Source: Methanocaldococcus jannaschii DSM 2661
GTDB taxonomy: Archaea; AGJL01; Methanococci; Methanococcales; Methanocaldococcaceae
Reading direction: 5' to 3'
DNA: 32,000 bases
NCBI RefSeq assembly: GCF_000091665.1
Contig: NC_000909.1
Coordinates: 910,712-942,711, forward strand
The notes beneath the pieces were generated by a model. It did not search any database. It was not told where the DNA came from and worked only from the letters and a program-made list of their open reading frames with translations. Both the position numbers and the translations under genes were made by a program. This document shows, in pieces, positions 20,253 through 31,214 of this stretch. Numbering within the stretch: position 1 is the stretch's first letter; every line of letters begins with the position of its first letter.

Positions 20253-21182
20253 ATGATAGCTAAATACATAATAAAGCATGGTTTAGAACTTGCTTATGAT
20301 ATTAAAGCAGACGCGTTTATGATATTTACTGAGACGGGGAAATCTTATGAATTACTAAAATCTTTTTTAAAAAAAGATGAACATTCAGGAATAATAAAGA
20401 TTCTTGACAAAATATCTCATAAAAATGTAAAAATAATTGTTGCAACTCCAAATCAAGTAACTTATAAAAAAATCTCTTCTGAGAATGAAGAGAATATTTA
20501 TCCAATCTTTATTAAACATAGAGAGGATAACAGATGCATGATAATAAGTAGTGGAATAGTGCATGCTCTTAAAATGAAAATATTAAAAGAAAATAACAAA
20601 ATTGTTGCAGTTGTAGGAGAGCCAAAAACTCCTGGAAAGTTGGATACAATAATGGTGGTTAATGTAAAAGAGCATGTGAAAACTATAACCCTTTATGAAC
20701 TTTTTGAAACATTGGATGAAAAACAAAAAAGAACATTAAAAGAGATTATAAAATTAGCTATGGAAATTGGAAGAGAAGGAAGAGAAGGAGAGTATGTAGG
20801 AACAATTTTTGTTATGGGGGATACCTTAAACGTTATGAGTATGTCAAAACCTTTAATATTAAATCCATTTGCTGGACACAATGCGAGCATATTTGACGAA
20901 AATGTTAAGGGGACTATAAAGGAGTTATCTTCTATTGATGGAGCATTTATAATTACTGATGAAGGTAAAGTAGTTTCAGCAGGGAGATTTTTAGAGATAA
21001 AAGGAGATGTTAATATACCAAAAGGTTTAGGAGCGAGGCATTTAGCTGCTGCAAGTATATCAAAAAATACGAATGCTATAGCTGTGACTGTTTCACAAAG
21101 TGGAGGAATAGTTAGGGTATTTAAAGATGGGAAGATAGTTTTTGAGACAGACCCAAGGGCAAATATATTATTCTTTGATTAG
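20253..21182 (+). CDS. dacZ: DisA_N-type diadenylate cyclase domain protein (DacZ-like)
   Basis: C-terminal SSIDGAFIITDEGKVVSAGRFL...GLGARHLAAASISKNTNAIAVTVSQSGGIVRVF (DGA and RHxxA motifs). Confidence 0.8.
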   Translation: MIAKYIIKHGLELAYDIKADAFMIFTETGKSYELLKSFLKKDEHSGIIKILDKISHKNVKIIVATPNQVTYKKISSENEENIYPIFIKHREDNRCMIISSGIVHALKMKILKENNKIVAVVGEPKTPGKLDTIMVVNVKEHVKTITLYELFETLDEKQKRTLKEIIKLAMEIGREGREGEYVGTIFVMGDTLNVMSMSKPLILNPFAGHNASIFDENVKGTIKELSSIDGAFIITDEGKVVSAGRFLEIKGDVNIPKGLGARHLAAASISKNTNAIAVTVSQSGGIVRVFKDGKIVFETDPRANILFFD

Positions 21183-21193
21183 GTTTGGTTATA

Positions 21194-21255
21194 TTTTTTG
21201 CAAAAAAGTTATTAGGTTATTTGATAGAAAATTTGAACACCTTTCTTTGGGATGT
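21194..21255. repeat. Decayed relative (half copy) of the TTTTGCAAAA MITE-like element
   Basis: TTTTTTGCAAAAAAGTTATTAGGTTATTTGATAGAAAATTTGAACACC versus copy B (minus strand) TTTTTGCAAAAGTTATTAAAATTAAAAATAAAAATTTGAACGCC. Confidence 0.45.
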
Positions 21256-21283
21256 TTTGTAAATAAAGTATTTAGGTGATAAA

Positions 21284-22546
21284 TTGACATTGGTAGAGAA
21301 GATACTATCAAAAAAAGTTGGTTATGAAGTTTGTGCAGGAGATAGCATAGAGGTTGAAGTTGATTTGGCAATGACACACGATGGAACAACACCTTTAGCA
21401 TACAAAGCTTTAAAGGAAATGAGTGATAGTGTTTGGAATCCAGATAAAATAGTCGTTGCCTTTGACCACAATGTTCCACCAAACACAGTTAAAGCTGCTG
21501 AAATGCAAAAATTAGCTTTGGAGTTTGTTAAAAGATTTGGCATTAAAAATTTCCATAAAGGTGGAGAAGGCATCTGTCATCAAATCTTAGCTGAAAATTA
21601 TGTTTTGCCAAACATGTTTGTAGCTGGTGGAGACAGCCATACATGCACACATGGAGCTTTTGGAGCTTTTGCTACTGGCTTTGGAGCTACTGATATGGCT
21701 TACATCTATGCAACAGGAGAAACATGGATTAAAGTGCCAAAAACAATTAGGGTAGATATAGTTGGAAAAAATGAAAATGTTTCTGCCAAAGATATTGTTT
21801 TAAGGGTTTGTAAGGAAATTGGGAGAAGAGGAGCAACATACATGGCTATTGAGTATGGTGGAGAGGTTGTTAAAAACATGGACATGGATGGAAGGCTAAC
21901 TTTATGCAACATGGCAATAGAGATGGGAGGAAAAACAGGAGTGATAGAGGCTGATGAAATTACTTATGATTATTTAAAGAAAGAGAGAGGACTTTCTGAT
22001 GAGGATATAGCTAAATTAAAAAAAGAGAGAATAACAGTAAATAGAGATGAAGCAAACTACTATAAGGAGATAGAAATTGACATAACAGATATGGAAGAAC
22101 AAGTTGCTGTTCCACACCACCCAGATAACGTAAAGCCAATTAGTGATGTTGAAGGGACTGAGATAAATCAAGTTTTTATTGGGAGTTGCACAAATGGAAG
22201 GTTGAGTGATTTAAGAGAAGCAGCTAAATATTTAAAAGGTAGGGAGGTTCATAAAGATGTTAAGCTAATTGTTATCCCGGCATCAAAAAAGGTATTTTTG
22301 CAAGCGTTAAAAGAGGGTATTATAGATATCTTTGTTAAAGCTGGGGCGATGATTTGCACTCCGGGATGCGGACCTTGCTTAGGAGCTCATCAAGGGGTTT
22401 TGGCTGAGGGAGAAATTTGTTTATCAACAACAAACAGAAACTTTAAAGGAAGGATGGGGCATATAAATAGCTATATTTACTTGGCATCTCCAAAGATTGC
22501 CGCAATAAGTGCAGTTAAGGGATATATAACCAACAAATTGGATTAA
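21284..22546 (+). CDS. hacA: 3-isopropylmalate dehydratase/homoaconitase large subunit, probable HacA
   Basis: VAGGDSHTCTHGAFGAFATGFGATDMA; GSCTNGRLSDLREAA; TPGCGPCLGAHQGVLA. Confidence 0.85.
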   Translation: MTLVEKILSKKVGYEVCAGDSIEVEVDLAMTHDGTTPLAYKALKEMSDSVWNPDKIVVAFDHNVPPNTVKAAEMQKLALEFVKRFGIKNFHKGGEGICHQILAENYVLPNMFVAGGDSHTCTHGAFGAFATGFGATDMAYIYATGETWIKVPKTIRVDIVGKNENVSAKDIVLRVCKEIGRRGATYMAIEYGGEVVKNMDMDGRLTLCNMAIEMGGKTGVIEADEITYDYLKKERGLSDEDIAKLKKERITVNRDEANYYKEIEIDITDMEEQVAVPHHPDNVKPISDVEGTEINQVFIGSCTNGRLSDLREAAKYLKGREVHKDVKLIVIPASKKVFLQALKEGIIDIFVKAGAMICTPGCGPCLGAHQGVLAEGEICLSTTNRNFKGRMGHINSYIYLASPKIAAISAVKGYITNKLD

Positions 22547-22636
22547 TGGAATAGGTATTAAAATTCCTAAAGAGATAGAAATAAAAACATTAAGCAAGTA
22601 TAATATTATTTTATCATAAATATTCTTTGTGATACT

Positions 22637-23281
22637 ATGAAAGTTAGGGATTTAATGGATAAGAATTTTGCCAAGATATATGTAGATGAGACTGTTGAAG
22701 ATGCTATAAATCTATTAAAAAAGAAGAAGAGATTCTCTGCCCCAATTGTTGATAAAGAGGATAGATTAGTTGGATGGGTAACTACATTGGAGTTATTAGG
22801 AATTTCAGAGAAAGATTTTAAAAAGCCTATAACAGAGTTTATGAGGCCTGTTGAAGAAGTTATAACTGTCTATGAAGATGATGAGGCAAGGAATGTAGTT
22901 TTAAAATTCGTTAAGTATAAGGTTGTTAGCATTCCTGTATTAACAAGAGATGGTAGAGTTATTGGAATGGTTAGGAACTGTGATGTTGTCAAAACATTAG
23001 CTAAGCTCTATGAAATCCCAGTGTATAAGATATTTAAGGAATTGCATAATCACATTGGAGATATAAGCTGGGAGGAGTTGATGGAAGCAGCTGCAGTTGT
23101 AACAAAGAGAATGACTGGAGAAGATATAACGCCACAAGAGTATGAGGAGAGGATTAAAAAAACAACCTTTGGAAAGGCTATTTGGGCTTGTGGTGGTTTA
23201 GAAAAGTTCTTTGTTGGACTTATTGAGATAGGTATGGTTGCTTTGGCAAGAAAATTAGCAAAAAGAAGGAAAGGGGGTTGA
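22637..23281 (+). CDS. CBS-domain pair protein
   Basis: VRDLMDKNFAKIYVDETVEDAINLLKKKKRFSAPIVDKEDRLVGWVTT; second repeat MRPVEEVITVYEDDEARNVV. Confidence 0.85.
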   Translation: MKVRDLMDKNFAKIYVDETVEDAINLLKKKKRFSAPIVDKEDRLVGWVTTLELLGISEKDFKKPITEFMRPVEEVITVYEDDEARNVVLKFVKYKVVSIPVLTRDGRVIGMVRNCDVVKTLAKLYEIPVYKIFKELHNHIGDISWEELMEAAAVVTKRMTGEDITPQEYEERIKKTTFGKAIWACGGLEKFFVGLIEIGMVALARKLAKRRKGG

Positions 23282-23677
23282 ATGAGGATAGAAGATGAGA
23301 TAAAAAACATAATAGAAAAGAAAGATTATGATTTCTGGGAGTTTTTAAAAAAGGCCTATGAAAATAACATAAAGTTAGATATTGGGCATTTCATCCTTTT
23401 AAATATTCTTATTGGTGTTAATGATTTATATCATAAGCTATCTGAGAAGTTTGGGGAAGAAGAAGCAAGAAAAATTTTAGAGAGAAATAAAATATTTGCC
23501 AAAAACTCTGATTTTATATCTGGAGAATTTTTAAAAGATTATATTGATAGGAAGAGCAGAGTAGCAGTGCATAACAGAATAAAGGATTTAAAAACTCTTG
23601 GCTTTAAAATAGAGAGTAAGTCTGGGCCATTTGGTGGGTATAAGATAGTTGGCTATCCAGAATGGTTTAAGAAATAG
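23282..23677 (+). CDS. Hypothetical protein with a possible C-terminal wHTH-like region
   Basis: 131-aa ORF starting immediately after the CBS gene; HNRIKDLKTLGFKIESKSGPFGGYKI. Confidence 0.65.
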   Translation: MRIEDEIKNIIEKKDYDFWEFLKKAYENNIKLDIGHFILLNILIGVNDLYHKLSEKFGEEEARKILERNKIFAKNSDFISGEFLKDYIDRKSRVAVHNRIKDLKTLGFKIESKSGPFGGYKIVGYPEWFKK

Positions 23678-23700
23678 GATTCTTTTTTTGGTGATTTTTA

Positions 23701-24728
23701 TGAAATTTTATAATCGAGAGAAAGAATTAAATTATCTAAAAAATTATGTCCAATTAGAGCCTAACTCTATACTTTTTGTTTATGGTCCTAAATCTTCTGG
23801 TAAATCTACGGTAATGCTTAGGGTTATTGAAGAATTATCTAAAAAAGATGATTTGGTGTTTTTTTATTATGATTTGAGAGAATATGCTACACCAACAAAG
23901 GAAGAGTTTTTGGAAATATTTTTTGAAAAAGGAGATAAAAAGTATCTTCTAAATAGATTTGAAATTAACTTAAAAATATTTAAGTTTGGTATTGAAGAGA
24001 AATTTGATTTCGATAATATAAAGTTAAATGATGTCTTTAGCAAGATGAAAGAGAGTATTAATGCAGTTATTAAAGATGGAAAGAAACCAATTTTAATAAT
24101 AGATGAATTGCAGAAGTTAAAGAGTATATACTTCAATGGAGAGGGTAAGGGAGATAAATCTTTGTTGAATGAATTGTTTAATTTATTTGTGCATTTAACT
24201 AAAGTAAGACATCTATGTCATGTTATTTGTTTAACTTCTGATACTTTATTTATAGAGGAAATCTATAGAAACTCTACTTTAGAAAATACCTCTGAATATT
24301 ATTTAATTGATTGGTTAAGAAAAGAAAGTATTAGAAATATCTTAAAAGAAGAGGGTTTTAGTGAGGAGGAGGTTGATTACTGCTTAAAATATTTATCTCT
24401 ACCTTATGAAATTTCTCAATTAATAAACAATAAAAAACTTGGCTTATCTGTTGAACAAACTATAAAGCAGTGGATTAATATTGAGAGGGACAAAATCTTA
24501 TATTTAATTTCTACTCAAAAGGAGTTTGAGATGGGAAAATTAATTGATGCCTTAAAATTATTTGAGAACAAAATAAAAGTTGATATTAAAGAGATTATAA
24601 GAGATAATCTTATGGATGAAGTTAAATTTTTAATTAAAAATGAGATACTGTTTTATGATGTGATGAACGGTATAATCAAGCCAACCTCTGTAAAGAAGTG
24701 GTATGCCATAAAAGAAGTTATAGAATGA
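23701..24728 (+). CDS. Archaeal P-loop ATPase (MJ-type AAA family)
   Basis: MKFYNREKELNYL; FVYGPKSSGKST (Walker A); KPILIIDELQK (Walker B); start taken at the internal MKFYNRE, so the ORF-track start at 23649 looks too long. Confidence 0.85.
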
Positions 24729-24829
24729 GATTTATAAATTTACAAATATGTATTAGAGAGTTATTTATTTAAACCTCAACTATTTTTATTAAATTAAAAA
24801 CTCTTCAAAAGATTTGACGGTGATTCATA

Positions 24830-27466
24830 ATGGAGATGCCAAAGGATTACAATATAGAGATTGAGAAACAGATACAAAAAAAGTGGGAAGAAAGTAAGAT
24901 TTACAAATTTGATGAAGAGAGCAATAAGCCACCATATATTATAGATACACCACCACCATACCCAACTGGTAGATTACACTTAGGACATGCATTAAACTGG
25001 ACTTACATGGATATAATAGCAAGATACAAGAGGATGAAGGGCTTTAACGTTCTCTTCCCGCAAGGTTGGGACTGTCATGGACTGCCAACAGAGGTTAAGG
25101 TTGAAGAAATCCATGGCATAACAAAGTCAGATGTTGATAGACATAAATTTAGAGAGCTTTGCATTGAATTAACAAAAGAAAACATTGAAAAAATGAGAAG
25201 ACAGATAAAATCCTTAGGAATTTCTATTGATTGGGATAAAGAGTATATAACAATGACTCCAGAGTATATTAAAAAATCCCAAACTGCCTTTGTTAGAATG
25301 TATAAAGATGGATTAATTTACAGAGGAAAATTCCCAGTAAATTGGTGTCCAAGATGTCAAACAGCTATTGCATTTGCTGAAGTTGAGTATAAAGAGAGAG
25401 AAAGCAAATTGAATTATATAAAATTCCCTGCTGCTGATGGAGAAGGGCATTTGTTGATAGCAACAACAAGACCTGAACTTATGGCTGCGTGTGTTGCTAT
25501 CTTAGTTCATCCAGAGGATGAAAGATATAAGCATTTAATTGGAAAAGAGTTTATAGTCCCATTGTTTGGGCATAAGGTTAAGTTATTGGCTGATGAGGAT
25601 GTTGAGAAGGAGTTTGGTACTGGAGCAGTTATGGTTTGTACATTTGGGGATAAGACAGACGTTTTGTGGGTTAATAGGCATAAATTGGAGATTAAGAAAG
25701 CAATTGATGAGAAGGGAGAGCTAACAGAGATAGCTGGAAAGTATAAAGGGCTAAAAACAGAGGAAGCAAGAGAGAAGATTATTGAGGATTTAAAGAAAGA
25801 GGGCTATTTAGTTAAGCAAGAGCCAATAAAACAGAATGTTGGTGTTTGTTGGAGATGTAAAACACCAATTGAAATTATCGTTACTGAGCAGTGGTTTGTT
25901 AATGTTAGAAAACTCATCCCAAAGGTTAGAGAAGTAGCTGATGAAATTAAGTGGATTCCAGAGCACATGAAAATTAGATTGTTGAATTGGATTGAAGATA
26001 TGGATTGGGACTGGGTTATAAGTAGGCAGAGAATCTTTGCCACACCAATCCCAGTTTGGTATTGTCCAAAGTGTGGAAATGTGGTTGTTGCTAAAGAAGA
26101 AGATTTACCAATAGACCCAACTAAAACAGGTTATGTTTGTGATAAGTGCGGCAATAAAGACTTAATCCCAGAGACAGATGTTTTAGATACATGGATGGAC
26201 TCTTCAATAACACCAATGGTTATAACAAAGTGGTTAGATGATGATAAATTCTTTGAGAAGCATTATCCTGTCCAATTAAGACCACAGGGGCATGACATAA
26301 TTAGAACATGGGCTTTCTATACAATTGTCAAGTCAGTAGCTTTGACTGGTAAAAAGCCATGGGATGAGATTGTTATAAACGGAATGGTGTTTGGAGAAGA
26401 TGGACATAAGATGAGTAAGAGTAGGGGAAATGTTGTAGAGCCAGATGAAATTATAGCTAAGTATGGAGCAGATGCCTTAAGATTGTGGGCAAGTAATAGT
26501 GTTGTTGGAGATGATGTCCAATTCTTATGGAAAGAGGTTGATTACGGCTATAGATTCTTAAGAAAGTCCTGGAATGCTTGTAGATTTGCTAAGATGCATA
26601 TAAGTGATGACATTATTGATGAGCTAAAAAAACCAATGGAAATTAGCAACCCAATTGATTTATGGATTTTGAGTAAATTGCAGAGATTAATTGAGAGGGT
26701 TGATAAGGACTTAGAGAATTATAGGTTTAATACAATAGTTGAAATCTATAAGTTTGTTTGGCATGAGTTCTGTGATAACTACATAGAGATGGTTAAATAT
26801 CGATTGTATGGAGATGATGAAGAGGCAAAGAAAGAAGCAAGATGGACATTATACTATGTAATTGACAAGGTTGTTAGATTGCTATGCCCATTTGCACCAC
26901 ACTTCTCAGATTACATAGCTGAGATTTATAAGATAGATAATCTCCACTTCTCATTTCCAGAAGTTGATAATAGATTTATAAATGAAGAGGCAGAGAAATT
27001 TGGGGAAATAGCTAAAAATACAGTCATTTCAATTAGAAGATTTAAGGCAAATTCAGGAATGGCTTTAAATGCTCCATTAAAATACGTTGAAATTTATACA
27101 GAGGATGAAGAGACTTATTTAGCTTTAAATAAAACAGCCGAGGATATTAAAGGGACATTGAAGATTGAAGAGCTTAAAATAATCAAAGGAAAACCAGCCC
27201 TTGAATCAAAGATTGTTGAAATAATTCCTGATAAATCAAAGATAGGGCCAGAGTTTAAAAAGAATGCAAAGGCGGTTATGGATTTAATTAAGAATGCTGA
27301 TGAAGAGACACTTGAAAAAATCATTAACGAAGGTTTAGAAACAGAGTATGGAGTTATTAGAAAAGAACACATTAAAGATGTTAAAAGAGCTTTATTCTGC
27401 GAAGGAGAGGAAGTAGATTCAGTTGATATTGAGGGAGTTTTAGCAATGGCAATAATTAGGAAATAA
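24830..27466 (+). CDS. valS: Valyl-tRNA synthetase
   Basis: [22 protein letters not shown]; [10 protein letters not shown]; [10 protein letters not shown]. Confidence 0.97.
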   Translation: MEMPKDYNIEIEKQIQKKWEESKIYKFDEESNKPPYIIDTPPPYPTGRLHLGHALNWTYMDIIARYKRMKGFNVLFPQGWDCHGLPTEVKVEEIHGITKSDVDRHKFRELCIELTKENIEKMRRQIKSLGISIDWDKEYITMTPEYIKKSQTAFVRMYKDGLIYRGKFPVNWCPRCQTAIAFAEVEYKERESKLNYIKFPAADGEGHLLIATTRPELMAACVAILVHPEDERYKHLIGKEFIVPLFGHKVKLLADEDVEKEFGTGAVMVCTFGDKTDVLWVNRHKLEIKKAIDEKGELTEIAGKYKGLKTEEAREKIIEDLKKEGYLVKQEPIKQNVGVCWRCKTPIEIIVTEQWFVNVRKLIPKVREVADEIKWIPEHMKIRLLNWIEDMDWDWVISRQRIFATPIPVWYCPKCGNVVVAKEEDLPIDPTKTGYVCDKCGNKDLIPETDVLDTWMDSSITPMVITKWLDDDKFFEKHYPVQLRPQGHDIIRTWAFYTIVKSVALTGKKPWDEIVINGMVFGEDGHKMSKSRGNVVEPDEIIAKYGADALRLWASNSVVGDDVQFLWKEVDYGYRFLRKSWNACRFAKMHISDDIIDELKKPMEISNPIDLWILSKLQRLIERVDKDLENYRFNTIVEIYKFVWHEFCDNYIEMVKYRLYGDDEEAKKEARWTLYYVIDKVVRLLCPFAPHFSDYIAEIYKIDNLHFSFPEVDNRFINEEAEKFGEIAKNTVISIRRFKANSGMALNAPLKYVEIYTEDEETYLALNKTAEDIKGTLKIEELKIIKGKPALESKIVEIIPDKSKIGPEFKKNAKAVMDLIKNADEETLEKIINEGLETEYGVIRKEHIKDVKRALFCEGEEVDSVDIEGVLAMAIIRK

Positions 27467-27513
27467 ATGGATAAAATAAAAAAATAAATTGAATTTTTTA
27501 ACTTTTTTATTTT

Positions 27514-28380
27514 TTATTCATCATAAACCTTTATTCCCCATTTGGTTCTAATATCTTTAAACTTCTCTTTTAATTTTTTAGTGATTTCTCCAACTTGTTT
27601 ATTATTTATTACTCTACCATCTATCTCAAAAACAGGGACTATTTCAGCAGCTGTTCCAGTGATAAATAGTTCATCGGCAGTGTATAAGTCATGTAAAGTT
27701 AAAGGTTCTTCAACAACCTCTATTCCTTCTTCCTTAGCTAATTTTATGACAACATCCCTTGTGATTCCTTTTAAGATACTCTGATAAACTGGGGGAGTTT
27801 TTAAAACTCCATTTTTAACTATAAATATGTTATCTCCAGTTCCTTCAACAACAAAACCTTTATCATCCAATAAAAATGCCTCATCAACTCCAGCATAGTT
27901 TGCCTGAATCTTTGCTAAGACGCTGTTTAAGTAGTTGAGGGATTTAACTGCTGGATTCAAAACATCTACTGGCAGTCTTCTAACTGAAACGGTTATAGCC
28001 CTGATTCCATCCTCCCCTAATAAAGGAGGCATAGGAATTGCTATACAGAAAATAGTTGGCTTTCCACACTTTCTTGGGTCTAACCCTAAATCACCAACTC
28101 CTCTTGTAACAACTAATCTTATATATGCATCTCTCAGATTATTAACTCTCAATGTCTCTAAAACAACATCAATCATCTCTTCTTTTGTTAGTGGGATATC
28201 TATACAGAGAGATTTTGCTGAATCATACAATCTGTCTATATGCTCCTTCAACATAAAAACAACGCCATCATAAGCCCTAATTCCTTCAAAAACTCCATCT
28301 CCATATAATAAACCGTGGTCAAACACAGAAACCTTTGCATCTTTTTCATCAACAAACTTTCCGTTTAAGTAGATTTTCAT
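27514..28380 (-). CDS. ilvE: Branched-chain amino acid aminotransferase
   Basis: MKIYLNGKFVDEKDAKVSVFDHGLLYGDGVFEGIRAYDG; YLNSVLAKIQANYAGVDEAFLLD. Confidence 0.95.
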   Translation of the reverse strand: MKIYLNGKFVDEKDAKVSVFDHGLLYGDGVFEGIRAYDGVVFMLKEHIDRLYDSAKSLCIDIPLTKEEMIDVVLETLRVNNLRDAYIRLVVTRGVGDLGLDPRKCGKPTIFCIAIPMPPLLGEDGIRAITVSVRRLPVDVLNPAVKSLNYLNSVLAKIQANYAGVDEAFLLDDKGFVVEGTGDNIFIVKNGVLKTPPVYQSILKGITRDVVIKLAKEEGIEVVEEPLTLHDLYTADELFITGTAAEIVPVFEIDGRVINNKQVGEITKKLKEKFKDIRTKWGIKVYDE

Positions 28381-28480
28381 AAGACCACCTTTGTTAAATT
28401 GTCAAAATAAAAATAAAATGAATATTTAATATATAAAATTGTCTATTTGCAAAAAATAAAAATAGAGTCTATTCACTTAT

Positions 28481-29191
28481 TTAGTCATTTATTTGATCTA
28501 TATTCTTTTCTATATCTTTTTCTTTTTTTAATTCTTCTTCTATCTCTTCCTCTTTTATCCTCTCCCCAGTAATCATATAAACAATCCTATCTCCTATTGA
28601 AGCAACAATATTTCCACTTCTTTCTAAATATTTACCAGCGAATATTATTTCAGTGTAAAGAGTTAGATTTTTAGGGTTTTCAATGATTTTACTAATCATA
28701 CTTCTATATAGTTGCTCATACAAATCATCTAACCTTTTATCCATATTATAGACATCTCTTGCTAAACTCTCATCTCTTGTTTTAAACGCAATCATTGCAT
28801 TTTTTAACATATTTATTAAATAATCTTTCATAACAATAAGAAGTTCATTCTTTCTATTACCCTCAACATCTGACTTTAACAAAATTTTGCAAATCTTTGA
28901 TGCATTGTCTCCAACTTTTTCCAATTTTGAAGATATTTTAATAGCAGTCATTAACTCCCTTAAATCTCCTGAAACAGGTTGATATAAAGCAATTGCCTTA
29001 ATACATTTTTCCTCTATTTTCATCTCCATCAAATCAATGGTAGTGTCTCTTTTTCTAACTTGTTTAGCCAACTCTCTATCACTTTCAATAAATGCCTTCA
29101 CTGCATTTTCAGTTTGTTCTGCACAAAGTTCAGCCATCTCTATTAAATCGTTTTCAACTTCTTTAAGTATTTCTTCAAACTTTTTTGGCAT
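28481..29191 (-). CDS. PhoU-like phosphate regulatory protein
   Basis: Repeated helical domain: [56 protein letters not shown]; [27 protein letters not shown]. Confidence 0.88.
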
Positions 29192-29242
29192 AATTTCCCT
29201 CCATATAATTTTTTGGCAATATAAAAGTAAAATAAAGTATAG

Positions 29243-30367
29243 TTATAACACTCTTTTTATGGCATTCCATACTAAAAATGATTGTGGCTTTAAAGTTCCT
29301 CTTTGAGGATATAAAAATAAAATGTTTTTTTTAACTAAATAAACATAAACTGCTTTTGGTATTTTATCAACTTCAATTTCATACTTTCCCTTAAACAATT
29401 TTAACGCATTAATTATGTCCTCTTTTCTAATTTCGATAATCTCCTCCTCAATATTAACTTTTGGTTTTATATAATCCAAATTACTTAAAAAGTCCTTTAA
29501 TTTAGAGATTTCATCCATTAACAAGATATTTAAAACATCTTTTAGATTTTTATGTTTTAATTTACCTATAACATTTATAATTAGAATTGGCTTTCCCCCA
29601 ACATAAGAATAAATTAGCTCTTTATCCTCATCGGATAATTTTTTATTTAGAATTTCCTCTGATAGAAAATCTATAAACTTTAAAGCTGTCTCTTTATCAA
29701 AGTCATCAACTAAAATGTAATCAACCCTCTCCTTTAACATTGCCTCGTTATAAACCCTCTCTATGAATAAACTATCAGAACTTAAACAAAAAACATGACA
29801 TAGATGCTTATGCTTAGTTAATGATACAAAATAATTAAACAACTCATAAATTAAGAATCCGTTAATTTTCATATCTCCTATTTTTTGCAATTCATCTATA
29901 ATAATTATTGGCTGTTTTCCTTCTCTTTTAATATCCATTAAAATGTTAGTTATATACTTAAATACATTCTTGGTTGTTTTCTTTTTTAGAATTTCTTCCA
30001 ATGTATTTTTTGGTGTTGGAATACCACATAAAGAAGGAGCATCCTTTATCAAACTCCTTATAATTTCAATAGGCTTTTTATCATCCTCATACTCTTCAAA
30101 CAAGACTTCTATAATTAGACGAAAACCGAAGGTTTTCGTTGCTCGAAGCTTCGCTTCGAACTCATCATACTTAGAGATAAAAATCTCTCTCAAATCGATA
30201 TAAAACACAACATATTTGTTTTTATCCAGTCTATTGTTGATAATTTCATTAATTAGGGCTGTTTTTCCAGAGTTTATGGGGCCATAAATAAAATAAATTA
30301 AATTTGGTTCTTCTTCTAAAATTGATAAAATTTCTTTTATTTCTTCCACCCTATTAAAGAATTTCAT
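29243..30367 (-). CDS. Archaeal P-loop ATPase, paralogue of 23701-24728, carrying an in-frame palindromic insertion
   Basis: [14 protein letters not shown]; [13 protein letters not shown]; [12 protein letters not shown]; GAGGAG ribosome binding site before the ATG at 30367. Confidence 0.85.
   Translation of the reverse strand: MKFFNRVEEIKEILSILEEEPNLIYFIYGPINSGKTALINEIINNRLDKNKYVVFYIDLREIFISKYDEFEAKLRATKTFGFRLIIEVLFEEYEDDKKPIEIIRSLIKDAPSLCGIPTPKNTLEEILKKKTTKNVFKYITNILMDIKREGKQPIIIIDELQKIGDMKINGFLIYELFNYFVSLTKHKHLCHVFCLSSDSLFIERVYNEAMLKERVDYILVDDFDKETALKFIDFLSEEILNKKLSDEDKELIYSYVGGKPILIINVIGKLKHKNLKDVLNILLMDEISKLKDFLSNLDYIKPKVNIEEEIIEIRKEDIINALKLFKGKYEIEVDKIPKAVYVYLVKKNILFLYPQRGTLKPQSFLVWNAIKRVL
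30113..30159. repeat. Palindromic insertion within the ATPase ORF
   Basis: ACGAAAACC-gaa-GGTTTTCGT (30119-30139) and TCGAAG-cttcg-CTTCGA (30143-30159); encodes [15 protein letters not shown], absent from the paralogue. Confidence 0.65.
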
Positions 30368-30398
30368 ATTTATCAACTCCTCAAATTTACTATATATT

Positions 30399-31148
30399 TC
30401 ATATCATTTTTTTGCCAGTAATTAAAAAGTATATCTCTTTTCTAAAGTCATTTGCAGAATTTTCGCATCTTTCTAAATATTTTCCTATATTGGTTAGCTC
30501 ATTCACAATAGCAACATTATAGTTTTTGCAAAACATTTTGAAATATATAGGATATATATGAACGCCCCCAAGTGGGGGCGTTCAAATTTTTATTTTTAAT
30601 TTTAATAACTTTTGCAAAAACTATAAACACATCTTCAAAAATCTTTCTTGCTAAGTATCTTTGAAACTCTTCATAAAATATCTTTTCAATTTCTCTGTGT
30701 AGTTTATATATCTCATCAATTTTATTTATATCTTCATTTATGTAAGAAGAAATACTCAATAAATTATCTCCTCAGTTAAAGAAGCCATTCTTTTTATGTA
30801 TTTGTCATTTCTATCAAAATTAAATTTTGAATTTAGCAGAACAAAACTTATCTTTACGGCACATTCTTCAATTTTTTCCAACATTGAACACAATTTTATA
30901 ATTGTTAGCAATTTTCTTAAATCTTTTGAGACGGGTCTATATAGGCATAGAGCTTTTACTGAATACATCTCCAATGACTCTAAATTTTTGATTATGTTAT
31001 TGTTTTTATAAATTACCAAATTACAGATGTCTTTTTTGTTTGTGCAGTATCCTTCAACACTAAGATTTAGATTTTTTATTATTTCTTCCCCTAATAGCTC
31101 TATTTTTCTATCCATCTCATTTACTATGTCATCAAATTTTTTTGGCAT
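30399..31148 (-). pseudogene. Second PhoU-like gene, disrupted by a frameshift near 30756 and by a MITE-like insertion
   Basis: N-terminal frame 30756-31148 (ALCLYRPVSKDLRKLLTIIKLCSMLEKIEECAVKI), middle frame 30517-30759, C-terminal fragment [39 protein letters not shown]; co-linear with the intact paralogue at 28481-29191. Confidence 0.8.
30520..30623. mobile_element. MITE-like element, copy B (104 bp), flanked by TA target duplication
   Basis: 14-bp perfect TIRs TAGTTTTTGCAAAA (30520-30533) / TTTTGCAAAAACTA (30610-30623); internal TGAACGCCCCC-aagt-GGGGGCGTTCA hairpin; TA duplicates at 30518-30519 and 30624-30625. Confidence 0.8.
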
Positions 31149-31214
31149 AAATATCCCTCAATAAGTATAAAAGTTCATATTTTGTGATTAATTAAAAAAT
31201 TTTGATGATGATAC

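Noticed and set aside
25804-27372. Minus-strand ORFs inside valS and neighbouring genes
   Set aside because: Antisense artefacts over an unambiguous synthetase gene.
28449-28462. TTTGCAAAAAAT between the ilvE and PhoU-like genes as another TIR element
   Set aside because: Only an imperfect single end, with no partner TIR or TGAACGCC hairpin nearby.
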